Virus record (IMG/VR): IMGVR_UViG_3300024974_000006
Coordinates: 1-63,455 of that record
DNA: 63,455 bases
Origin: a virus
Taxonomy: Duplodnaviria; Caudoviricetes
Direction: 5' to 3' (one strand)
The notes under the pieces were generated by a model, which was not told where the DNA came from, did not search any database, and saw only the letters and a program-made list of their open reading frames with translations. The translations under genes were made by a program, and so were the position numbers. Shown in pieces: positions 8,787 to 17,642 of the stretch. Every line of letters starts with the position of its first letter. Position 1 is the stretch's first letter.

Positions 8787-9755
8787 ATGAGAATTGTAAA
8801 ATTAGAACTTCCAACAAGTAGAGTAAATGACCACACTTCTATAGATATTAGTAATGCCCCTGCATTTGCTTTATTAAAAATGAAGGAGGATGATACATTC
8901 CTAGAATTAAATTACCCATCTTTATGTAGAGATTTTGTTGGGCCAGCTTGTGTATGTGCTCACAAAAAGGTAAGGAATATATTTTCAAATATGATTCTAG
9001 AAGAAGATCTATTGACTGATACAAACCAAACGTCCATCTCTATCTCTATTAACCCAGATGGAATGAATCATTTATTAAATAACATCAGAATATTGCATGA
9101 GTTTGAACAACATCTCGGTATAAAACTAACTGAAGTCTGTAGTACTAACGAATTAGATAGATTCGGCAGGGCTCATTTAGTTATCATAGGTGATAAATTT
9201 TGGATAAAGGCTCCATTAGCAATCTCATTCTATACTTTTTTCTTAAGATGTTTAACATATTTCGAGTATCATAAGAATATAGGTACTATAGAGAGTGCGT
9301 TTAAATACCTATCGTCAAAAGGCTCTGATAACGTAGATTCTAATTATGCCAAAAAGATTATATCAAATATAGATGTAAGATTATTATTTGGTAATTTAGA
9401 TAGAGTTTTAGGAGATAATCCTTTCACTGGTTTAAATGATAAGGTAATTCTTAAAGATACTTCTTGGATTGAAGATAAAACAAAGAGCTATCCAGATATT
9501 TTAGAAGGAGTTTACAAAAGCTCTTACTTTAATAACAAATATCAGTTTAGAATGAGTAGCCTCTATTCTCAATCAGGGCTAGTCACCTTCTCAGACTGTC
9601 TATTTTTAGTACATCAAGAACGGCAGCACTATATAGGAGTTTCGAATCTTGGTTTAGATTGGGTCTCCAACTATATTGATTTAGCTGTAGAGAATAAAGT
9701 TTTAACCCTTAAAAGAAACCCTACTAATGGTCTTCAGTCATTTGAAGCAAACTAG
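8787..9755 (+). CDS. Hypothetical protein, paralog A
   Basis: CRDFVG, FYTFFLRCL, NLDRVLGDNPFTG and GLDWVSNYIDLA motifs shared with the next ORF. Confidence 0.8.
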   Translation: MRIVKLELPTSRVNDHTSIDISNAPAFALLKMKEDDTFLELNYPSLCRDFVGPACVCAHKKVRNIFSNMILEEDLLTDTNQTSISISINPDGMNHLLNNIRILHEFEQHLGIKLTEVCSTNELDRFGRAHLVIIGDKFWIKAPLAISFYTFFLRCLTYFEYHKNIGTIESAFKYLSSKGSDNVDSNYAKKIISNIDVRLLFGNLDRVLGDNPFTGLNDKVILKDTSWIEDKTKSYPDILEGVYKSSYFNNKYQFRMSSLYSQSGLVTFSDCLFLVHQERQHYIGVSNLGLDWVSNYIDLAVENKVLTLKRNPTNGLQSFEAN

Positions 9756-9774
9756 AGTCTTATTACATTAAAAA

Positions 9775-10797
9775 TTGAGAATAACCAAAATGAATGAAAA
9801 AGTAAATTTAGTAATAGTAGATTATGGCAATAGTTATGGTAGACCACTTTCAACTCAAGCCCCTTTATTCTCTATCCTTCGCAAAGTAGTAGAGTTTGAC
9901 AAGAAAGAAGTCTACTATGAATTAGCACTAGAGTCTAAGTGTAGAGATTTTGTCGGTAGTACTTGTTTAGCTTCTAATCTAAGATTTCATAATCCTTTAA
10001 ATACTAACGATAAAAATAGAATTGCTTCTATTGATGAAGCGCTTGTCTCTATATCAATAAATGCCCTTCATTCAGATTTACCAAAGTCTAGAATAGGCAT
10101 TTTAAATGATATAGAGAGAGAGATGGGTATCACTCCTACAACTGTCCATGAAACCAATGTTAAAATTGGAATTAATGGTAGGAAAAAGTTAGTATTTATC
10201 GGAGATAGCTTATGGATGAAGTCTCCACATGCAATATCTATCTACACTTTCCTAATAAGATGTTTGTGCTATCCATCTGATAAATCAATAACAACTATTG
10301 AAGAATTATTCAATATGATTTTAATAGAGTATACAAACTCTAATGATGCTTCTTTCATATTCAGATTTCTACCTTATATCGATATTAGATTCTATCTAAT
10401 TAACTTAGATAGAATATTAGGTAAGAACCCATTAACAGGTATGAATGATGAAGAGTTAACTAACACAGTTTTTAGTATAGAAAGTAGCTCTTTTGGACAA
10501 TATTCTATGGACCATCAAAGTACTTATTCTAACAAGTATATTAGAACTAATTATAGATTCTCTTTGAATGTAACGCATCCTCAATCAGGAATAGTTCATA
10601 TAACATACTTATTAACCCTTATAGAAAAAGGCACTTTTATGTCAGATATGTCTGAGTCTTGCATGGGCTTAGATTGGGTTTCCAATTATATTGATTTAGC
10701 TATAGAGAAAGGGATTTTCAAATCAGTTAAAGTAGATGAAAAAGAGTCATTTAAAAGAATCACTAAGACATGGGAGAATAATGACAGAAAAAAATAA
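9775..10797 (+). CDS. Hypothetical protein, paralog B
   Basis: CRDFVG, IYTFLIRCL, NLDRILGKNPLTG and GLDWVSNYIDLA motifs. Confidence 0.8.
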   Translation: MRITKMNEKVNLVIVDYGNSYGRPLSTQAPLFSILRKVVEFDKKEVYYELALESKCRDFVGSTCLASNLRFHNPLNTNDKNRIASIDEALVSISINALHSDLPKSRIGILNDIEREMGITPTTVHETNVKIGINGRKKLVFIGDSLWMKSPHAISIYTFLIRCLCYPSDKSITTIEELFNMILIEYTNSNDASFIFRFLPYIDIRFYLINLDRILGKNPLTGMNDEELTNTVFSIESSSFGQYSMDHQSTYSNKYIRTNYRFSLNVTHPQSGIVHITYLLTLIEKGTFMSDMSESCMGLDWVSNYIDLAIEKGIFKSVKVDEKESFKRITKTWENNDRKK

Positions 10798-12412
10798 ATA
10801 TCTAAGAAACGAAAGTTGCCCATCTTGTGGATCGTCTAATGGTCTAGGAGTTTATCTTAGACCTAATGGATCAACATTTGGAAAATGCTTTAAATGTAAT
10901 GAGGTACATAGTATGGATGAAACAAAAGACGTTGTTAGTAATGCTCCATCTAAAATAGATTATGATTATTACAGTGCTGAGTTTCATCCATTAAAAAGTA
11001 GAGGTATATCACAAAAAGTATGCGAGAAGTATGAAGTAAAGAGTGTAGTAGATTCTGATGGAAATGATTTAGTACACTTTTATCCAGTATTAAATGGAGA
11101 CCTGTCTCTATCAGTGTGTATTAGGGAAGTTAAAGGTAAAAAGTTTAAATGGGTGGATGCAGGAGCTAATCAGGAATTCTTTGGACAAAGGGTTGTTGGT
11201 AGTAAGGGTAAGATGATTATTATTACTGAGGGTGTTTGTGATTGCCTAGCGGCAGTTGAAATGCTAGCATTACAAGGAAAGTCCTATAGGGTTGTCTCTG
11301 TTAATAATGGTGCAGGCTCAGCAGTAAAAGTAGTAAAAGATAATTATGAATGGTTAGCCTCTTTTGAGAATATCTTCTTAGCATTTGATCAAGATGAACC
11401 AGGGCAGAAAATGGTTCCTTCTATATCTGAGATGTTTCCCCCTAATAAAGTAAAGAATATAACTTTCTCTGAGAAAGACCCAAATGCCTTACTACTATCA
11501 GGGAAATCCAAGGAATTCTTAGAAGCTATCTATTGTGCTAAAGAAAGCAGGCCAGACGGTATTGTAAGTGTAGAAGATTTGTTTGATGAGGCTATTAAAC
11601 CCCCAGAAATGGGCTTATCTTTTCCTTGGCCTACATTAACTGAGGCTACTTACGGATATAGAGATGGAGAACTTTGGGGTATAGGCGCAGGCTCAGGAAC
11701 TGGAAAAACAGAATTCTTTAAAGAGTGCATTCATCATACAATCAATTTTCACCATGAAACAGCTGGAGTTATCTTTTTAGAAGAGCCAGCAGCCAAAACA
11801 CTTAAAGTATTAGCTGGTAAAAAAGTTAATAAGAGATTCCATATTCCATCAGATAAAGGCGGAGATTGGACTATAGAAGAATTGGTAGATGGTATTAATG
11901 ACTTAAAAGGAAAGGTTTTCCTTTATAATCATTTTGGAGCAAAAGACTGGGAATCTATTAAACCTAAGATAAGATTCATGGTTCAGTCTTTAGGTATTAA
12001 AAGAATTTATTTAGATCATTTAACTGCGTTAGTAGCTCAAGAGGATAATGAGTATAAAGCACTCAATAGGCTTATGGAAGAAATGTCTAGTCTTTGCCAA
12101 GAGCTTAATTGTACTCTTTTTTATGTCTCTCATTTGCGTAAAGCTTCAGGTACTCCACATGAAGAAGGTGGAAGAGTTACAGCAGATCAGTTTAAAGGTA
12201 GTGGGGCAATCGTCTTTTGGTCAAACTTTCTTATTGGGCTTGAAAGGAATCAACAGGCAGAAGATTTGGATGAAAGAAATACAACAACTCTCAGAGTTCT
12301 AAAAGATAGAAATACAGGATTAGCTACAGGAACTACTTTTAGATTAAAGTATAACCATACTACAGGTAGATGGGGAGAAGAAGATGAAGATGAATATAAT
12401 GAATCTTTTTAG
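10781..12412 (+). CDS. T7 gp4-like DNA primase-helicase
   Basis: Zn finger CPSC..CFKC; TOPRIM ITEG and AFDQD; Walker A GAGSGTGKT; LDHL; VSHLRK; acidic tail ending in F. Confidence 0.95.
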   Translation: MTEKNKYLRNESCPSCGSSNGLGVYLRPNGSTFGKCFKCNEVHSMDETKDVVSNAPSKIDYDYYSAEFHPLKSRGISQKVCEKYEVKSVVDSDGNDLVHFYPVLNGDLSLSVCIREVKGKKFKWVDAGANQEFFGQRVVGSKGKMIIITEGVCDCLAAVEMLALQGKSYRVVSVNNGAGSAVKVVKDNYEWLASFENIFLAFDQDEPGQKMVPSISEMFPPNKVKNITFSEKDPNALLLSGKSKEFLEAIYCAKESRPDGIVSVEDLFDEAIKPPEMGLSFPWPTLTEATYGYRDGELWGIGAGSGTGKTEFFKECIHHTINFHHETAGVIFLEEPAAKTLKVLAGKKVNKRFHIPSDKGGDWTIEELVDGINDLKGKVFLYNHFGAKDWESIKPKIRFMVQSLGIKRIYLDHLTALVAQEDNEYKALNRLMEEMSSLCQELNCTLFYVSHLRKASGTPHEEGGRVTADQFKGSGAIVFWSNFLIGLERNQQAEDLDERNTTTLRVLKDRNTGLATGTTFRLKYNHTTGRWGEEDEDEYNESF

Positions 12413-12444
12413 TATTTCATTATTTACAATTAATAAGGATTAAG

Positions 12445-12744
12445 ATGATTGAACAACAGTCGAACATGCTTTATCAGCTCTTCTCTATGGAAGAAGAAGA
12501 GAAACAAAATAGAAAGTTATATAGATTATTAGCAGTAGCATTACTAACGATTAATGTAGACAGAGACATTATCACACTCCAATTTAGTAATAAAATAGAA
12601 GTAAAGATAACTATATATGAGTTCCATTTTTATATAGATTTTTCTGATAAAAGTCTATTTCAAAATGGTGAGAACAAAGAGACAAAACAAAGTAAAGATA
12701 GAATATTATACTATCTTGAATATATAGGAAATCTTAGATCATGA
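12445..12744 (+). CDS. Hypothetical protein
   Basis: AAGGA RBS. Confidence 0.6.
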   Translation: MIEQQSNMLYQLFSMEEEEKQNRKLYRLLAVALLTINVDRDIITLQFSNKIEVKITIYEFHFYIDFSDKSLFQNGENKETKQSKDRILYYLEYIGNLRS

Positions 12745-13025
12745 AACTAAAGACTATTAGAATTGATAAAGCCTATGGTAAAAATAAATTTTCATTTTAT
12801 ATAACTAAGGCAACAGAAGATGTGTATGTAAATGGAAAAACTGAACCATATCCACTTGGATTTTATCATTTTAACCCAGATAAAGTGACAGATAAAGAAG
12901 CTTTTATTAAGTTAGTAACTTGTATGGAGAAGGCGCATAATGATAAAATAAAAGAAATAAAACTATCATTATCTAGTCTAATAACTTTTAAGGAGTCAGT
13001 TATTAATGGAAAGAATAGTCTTTGA
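12741..13025 (+). CDS. Hypothetical protein
   Basis: ATGA overlap with the previous ORF. Confidence 0.6.
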   Translation: MKLKTIRIDKAYGKNKFSFYITKATEDVYVNGKTEPYPLGFYHFNPDKVTDKEAFIKLVTCMEKAHNDKIKEIKLSLSSLITFKESVINGKNSL

Positions 13026-13536
13026 TATAGAAGCTGATGGACTATTAGAAGAATCTGAAAATATTTGGTGTATTTCTTATAAAAACTTAGAGACTACAGA
13101 AGTTAATACTTTATATGGACCATCTCTAAACAAGTATAAAATATCTGCTCTATTCAAGGATAAAATAGTCATTGGGCATAATATAATAAAGTATGATATT
13201 CCAATGCTTAAGAAATTCTATAAGTTAGATCTAATAGATACTTTAGAAAATGAAAACATAATTGACACCTATTTAATGTCTAAAGTACTTTATCCAGATA
13301 GACCTATGCCTAAGAATTGTCCTACCTCCATATTAAATCCAGTTACTAACAGATCAAAGAAAATTGGCCCTCATGGATTAGAGAGTTGGGCTTGGAGAGT
13401 AGGAGAAAGAAAATTAGCCATTCACGATTGGAGAGAATTTACTCCAGAGATTATTCAAAGATGTGAAGGAGATGTAATTATAAATGAGAAGGTTTATTAT
13501 AAACTATTAAAAGAAGCTAATCTTAAGGAACTGTAA
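13006..13536 (+). CDS. DNA polymerase A, stand-alone 3'-5' exonuclease domain
   Basis: ExoI VFDIEADG, ExoII GHNIIKYD, ExoIII CEGDV; HGLESW. Confidence 0.92.
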   Translation: MERIVFDIEADGLLEESENIWCISYKNLETTEVNTLYGPSLNKYKISALFKDKIVIGHNIIKYDIPMLKKFYKLDLIDTLENENIIDTYLMSKVLYPDRPMPKNCPTSILNPVTNRSKKIGPHGLESWAWRVGERKLAIHDWREFTPEIIQRCEGDVIINEKVYYKLLKEANLKEL

Positions 13537-13799
13537 TGTTATCTAAAACAGAAGAATGCCAGAGACTATTTGATTCTATTCCAATAGAGACTACATTAAA
13601 ACTTAAATTTAATTTAAGCTACTCTGATATAATTGGGGAGATAGTTAAGAAAGTAAGACATAATGCTTACTCATACTCTTTGTTTCTAGTAAATAGAGAT
13701 GATAGAACTGGTGGATTTTTCTGGATAAAGCCAGACTATATAGATTATTTTGGTAGAAAGGTAATAGATTTTGAAATAATATCTAAGGAAGAAATATGA
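13536..13799 (+). CDS. Hypothetical protein
   Basis: TAATG coupling to the upstream gene. Confidence 0.6.
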   Translation: MLSKTEECQRLFDSIPIETTLKLKFNLSYSDIIGEIVKKVRHNAYSYSLFLVNRDDRTGGFFWIKPDYIDYFGRKVIDFEIISKEEI

Positions 13800-14023
13800 A
13801 AGAAGAAACTAATAATTACAAACATCTATACGAGTTAGAAAGAGATTCATACTTTAAAATAGCTTCTACAAATGAAGTTAATGAATTCCCTATTTTACAT
13901 CTGAAACGTATCGATGGTATGTACTCTCTTTGTTATGATGAACAAGGTAAAACATATCACTTAGCAGCATTCACAATAGTTGAGCAAGTAGATAAACCGA
14001 ATAATTGGAGTGGAATAAAATGA
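13796..14023 (+). CDS. Hypothetical protein
   Basis: IDGMYSLC motif; ATGA overlap. Confidence 0.65.
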   Translation: MKEETNNYKHLYELERDSYFKIASTNEVNEFPILHLKRIDGMYSLCYDEQGKTYHLAAFTIVEQVDKPNNWSGIK

Positions 14024-15099
14024 GTAGAAAACTAGCTACTATCAGAAGAATAGCAGAAATAAAAAGCATTGAAGGTGCTGATAGGATTGTGGCTTATCGA
14101 GTAGATGGCTGGTGGGTAATAGGGCAAAAGGATCAATTTAATATAGATGATTTAGTTCTTTATTTAGAGATTGACTCTTGGGTACCTACCAAATTAGCTC
14201 CATTCTTAAGTAGAGGAAAGGAGCCTAGAGAGTTCAAAGGGATTAAAGGAGAAAAACTAAAAACAATTAGAATGAAAGGTCAAATATCCCAAGGTCTAAT
14301 TTTACCTTTAGTAAAAGAAGGCACCTTCTGGGGGTATCAGGAGACTACTCCAGCAGGAAGAACTTTACTAATAGTTGTAGATGAATATGAAGATCTTACG
14401 GAAACTCTAGGAATTATGGTATGGGAGGCCCCCACTAAATATGATAGCAGAGGTAACTACATAGGGAACCCTGAAGCTAGAGAAGGTGGTTTTCCTTGGT
14501 ACATACCTAAAACAGATCAAGAAAGAATACAAAATTGTTCTAAGCAGTTATCAAGATGGATTCAAAATAGAGAGGAATTTGAAGTAACCGAGAAATTACA
14601 TGGTTCTTCTATGACAGTGTATGTTAATGATCAGGATGAGGGAGTATGTTCTAGGAATATTAATCTTAAAGTTCCAGAAAATGGAGTATTTAATCCTTAT
14701 TGGCTTGTAGCTCAATCAAATGAGTTAATACCAAAGTTAAGAAGCACTGGTAGAAACCTTGCTATTCAAGGAGAGCTGATAGGACCAGGAGTACATGGTA
14801 ATATGTACAACCTAGATAAGATAGATTTCTATCTATTTAATATCTGGGATATTATACATCAAAGATGGTTCTCTTCAGAAGAAAGAGTACAACTATGTGA
14901 ATTATTGAATATAAAGCATGTTCCCATTCTACCTGTATTTAAAGTAACACCTGAAACAACTATTGATTCACTATTAAGTTCAGCAGATGGAAACTCTATA
15001 CTTAATCCTAATGCCTTTAGAGAAGGGTTAGTATTTAAAAGTTTAAAATCTAGTGAATCATTTAAAGCAGTATCTAATTATTTCTTGGAAAGAGAATAG
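14020..15099 (+). CDS. ATP-dependent RNA ligase, DRB0094/Rnl5-like family
   Basis: N-terminal MSRKLATIRRI..I.GADRI module; PKTDQERIQN; motif I EKLHGSS; QGELIG; REGLVFK; FKAVSN. Confidence 0.9.
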   Translation: MSRKLATIRRIAEIKSIEGADRIVAYRVDGWWVIGQKDQFNIDDLVLYLEIDSWVPTKLAPFLSRGKEPREFKGIKGEKLKTIRMKGQISQGLILPLVKEGTFWGYQETTPAGRTLLIVVDEYEDLTETLGIMVWEAPTKYDSRGNYIGNPEAREGGFPWYIPKTDQERIQNCSKQLSRWIQNREEFEVTEKLHGSSMTVYVNDQDEGVCSRNINLKVPENGVFNPYWLVAQSNELIPKLRSTGRNLAIQGELIGPGVHGNMYNLDKIDFYLFNIWDIIHQRWFSSEERVQLCELLNIKHVPILPVFKVTPETTIDSLLSSADGNSILNPNAFREGLVFKSLKSSESFKAVSNYFLERE

Positions 15100-15102
15100 A
15101 AA

Positions 15103-15279
15103 ATGAGTACACAAGTAGCAGTATTTATAAGAGGTGGAGTAGTACAGTCAGTCTACTCTAATAAGACTGATGTTGAAGTAGAAGTATTTGATATGGATGA
15201 CCTTAAAGAGTTCCATGACTTTAAACAAAGAGAAGAGGAACTTGAAAAATATCTAAAAAGTAAAAATAGAGTCTACTAG
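15103..15279 (+). CDS. Small hypothetical protein, 58 aa (not in ORF track)
   Basis: MSTQVAVFIRGGVVQSVYSNKTDVEVEVFDMD...; fills the gap between ligase and polymerase. Confidence 0.65.
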   Translation: MSTQVAVFIRGGVVQSVYSNKTDVEVEVFDMDDLKEFHDFKQREEELEKYLKSKNRVY

Positions 15280-15292
15280 TCATTGAACAAAG

Positions 15293-16645
15293 ATGGCACA
15301 TATTAAATGGGATGAGGCGCTAGCATTAGAGAGAGATGTAGCTATTATCTGCCAAGCTCAGGAAGAGCATGGTATATACTTTGACTTAGACAAAGCTTAT
15401 AGATTAATAGATGAATTAGAAACTCTAAAAGAGGAGAGGTATAATGAGATAAGAGAGTTTCTAAACTTTGAAATAATAAAAGAAGAAACAAAAATTCTAT
15501 TAGAAAACTCATGGAATTATGTTAAGAAAATTAAACTTAAAAATGGTAACTATGTCGAATCAGTTCTTTCTAGGTATAGTGATCCTTCTATCGTTGTTGG
15601 GCCATTCAGTAGGATCAGAATTGATGAGCCATCGATTAGTAAGAGACAGTCTATTGTACAGCAGCTTCTTAAACTCGGCTGGAAACCAAAGGAGTTTACC
15701 GAGAAGGGGTTCCCACAATTAACAGTTAAGGGAGAACCAGTAGATACATTAGAAGAAGTTGGACCTTTTGGTAAAGCTTTATCTGATTGGTATGTTTACA
15801 ATCATAGACAATCCCAGGTAACTGGATTTCTTCCTCATGTTCGTAATGACCATAGAATAGCTGCACAGATAGATACTTGTGCAACCAACACTTATAGAGG
15901 GGTTCATAGGGTAGTAGCTAATATCCCTAGGCCATCTTCTGTATTTGGGAAGGAGATGAGAAGTTTATTTACCGTCCCTCCTAATAAAGTGTTTGTTGGA
16001 GCCGATGTATCTGGCTTAGAGTTAAGAATGTTGGCTCATCATATGAATGATCCTAATTATATTGATCAAATATTAAATGGAGATATTCATACTTATAACA
16101 TGAATATGGGACAACCCTATTTAACTGATAGGGATTTAGCTAAAACATTCATCTACATGTTTATATATGGAGGCGGCGATGAGAAAGCAGGTAGAGTAAT
16201 AAATAGCACTGCTAAAGATGGAAAACGTCTTAAAGACACCTTCTTGGAGGGAATTCCAGCATTAGCTAATCTAATTGCTAAATGTAAGAGATTCTCAGAG
16301 AAACATGGATACATCCCTTCAATCGATAATAGAAAGATCTATATCCGTACTTTTGAAGGAAGGGTATTAGTTCATACAGCCCTTAATGCTAAGTTACAAA
16401 CAGATGGAAGTATTGTAACTAAGAGGGCTATGGCTATAACCAACTATGAAATAAAAAGAAGAGGGTTAAATGCTAATCAAATACTATTCTATCATGATGA
16501 GTATGCTTATGAATCTGATCCAGATTGTGCAGAGGAGGTAGGTGAGATTATGGTCGATTCTATGAGATTAGCTGGTGAATACTATAGACTAAGAATTCCA
16601 ATAACTGGAAAGTATGCTATTGGTAGAGATTGGGGAGTTCATTAA
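15293..16645 (+). CDS. DNA polymerase A, polymerase domain (T7-like, Tyr at the 762-equivalent position)
   Basis: Motif A ADVSGLELR, motif B RDLAKTFIYMFIYG, motif C YHDE. Confidence 0.95.
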   Translation: MAHIKWDEALALERDVAIICQAQEEHGIYFDLDKAYRLIDELETLKEERYNEIREFLNFEIIKEETKILLENSWNYVKKIKLKNGNYVESVLSRYSDPSIVVGPFSRIRIDEPSISKRQSIVQQLLKLGWKPKEFTEKGFPQLTVKGEPVDTLEEVGPFGKALSDWYVYNHRQSQVTGFLPHVRNDHRIAAQIDTCATNTYRGVHRVVANIPRPSSVFGKEMRSLFTVPPNKVFVGADVSGLELRMLAHHMNDPNYIDQILNGDIHTYNMNMGQPYLTDRDLAKTFIYMFIYGGGDEKAGRVINSTAKDGKRLKDTFLEGIPALANLIAKCKRFSEKHGYIPSIDNRKIYIRTFEGRVLVHTALNAKLQTDGSIVTKRAMAITNYEIKRRGLNANQILFYHDEYAYESDPDCAEEVGEIMVDSMRLAGEYYRLRIPITGKYAIGRDWGVH

Positions 16646-16867
16646 ATGAAAGCGTATGGAATACCTAGAGTTATAAGTAGAGAATTTCCAGATCCATTAG
16701 ATATTAAAGAGTTTGGAATGGCAAGTCATGTAGGACAATTAATTACTAAATCAGGAGAATATAAATCTTATACTCGTTCTTCCAAGGAAAGGAGGGCTAC
16801 TAGAATTTATTGGAAAAAGAAAGAAAGATACAGGATTAAAAGAATTATGTATAATGAGAGTCATTAA
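16646..16867 (+). CDS. Basic hypothetical protein
   Basis: GGGGAG RBS; R/K-rich C-terminus. Confidence 0.65.
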   Translation: MKAYGIPRVISREFPDPLDIKEFGMASHVGQLITKSGEYKSYTRSSKERRATRIYWKKKERYRIKRIMYNESH

Positions 16868-17110
16868 ATGCTAGATATGAGTAAGTTAACACTTAAAGAA
16901 ATGGAGAAGTTACAGGATGAACTACCTAGTGTAATAGCGCAAAAAAGAACTGACAATATAGATATGGAGGATCTACTACATTACTTTTTTTGCAAACAAA
17001 AAGAACTATTGGAAAATCTGGATTTATCAGAATTGATAGGAATAGCAGAAGAGGAAGAACTTAAAGAAGAGGAGTATTTAAAACTATTAAAAAGCTTGAC
17101 AAATAAGTAA
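16868..17110 (+). CDS. Acidic hypothetical protein
   Basis: Directly follows the previous ORF. Confidence 0.6.
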   Translation: MLDMSKLTLKEMEKLQDELPSVIAQKRTDNIDMEDLLHYFFCKQKELLENLDLSELIGIAEEEELKEEEYLKLLKSLTNK

Positions 17111-17124
17111 ATCCATGGTATAAT
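17096..17124 (+). promoter_or_regulatory. Consensus sigma70 promoter
   Basis: TTGACA, 17 bp, TATAAT, with extended TGG. Confidence 0.85.
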
Positions 17125-17168
17125 ATTCATATTAAATAGAGATAGATTATGAAAAAGGTAAAATAATA

Positions 17169-17336
17169 ATGACTACGGAAGTTCGTAAGTGTTCTTGTAA
17201 AAACATATTTCAGGATCAAGAGTATGGTAGTGGAATGAGAGTTTGTAACTATGATGATAAAGGAGGAAGTACTTGTACAGTTTGTGGAGTTACTCATAAA
17301 GGGCATTTAGAAGTTAAAAAGACTACTAAGAAATAG
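17169..17336 (+). CDS. Small zinc-ribbon-like protein, 55 aa (not in ORF track)
   Basis: MTTEVRKCSCKNIFQDQEYGSGMRVCNYDDKGGSTCTVCG... Confidence 0.7.
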   Translation: MTTEVRKCSCKNIFQDQEYGSGMRVCNYDDKGGSTCTVCGVTHKGHLEVKKTTKK

Positions 17337-17344
17337 GTGGGTTT

Positions 17345-17524
17345 ATGTCAGGAGTACCATATGAACATTCATTACTTATCGAATCAAATAATAATGAATT
17401 TTTAAATAGAAGTAGATTCTTTGAAACAGATGATACTGAATCAATTATAGATGCTATAGCTGATAAAGAACATTCAGATTGGCTAATAGATTTAGATGAA
17501 AGTGAGTTTAATGAAGGCTGTTAA
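17345..17524 (+). CDS. Small acidic protein, 59 aa (not in ORF track)
   Basis: GGTGG RBS; D/E-rich sequence. Confidence 0.55.
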   Translation: MSGVPYEHSLLIESNNNEFLNRSRFFETDDTESIIDAIADKEHSDWLIDLDESEFNEGC

Positions 17525-17642
17525 ATATAGATCAACGCTAGTATTATTACTAGTAATATCTGTAGTTACACCTTTTGTAGTATATTATCTTGTATTAAAT
17601 ATAATACAATTTGTTTTAAATAAAGCTTAGGAGAATTAAAGA

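Noticed and set aside
13537-15292. Group I intron or intein interrupting the DNA polymerase
   Set aside because: The interval is filled with coupled ORFs, has no homing endonuclease or intron core, and both polymerase halves have their own start and stop
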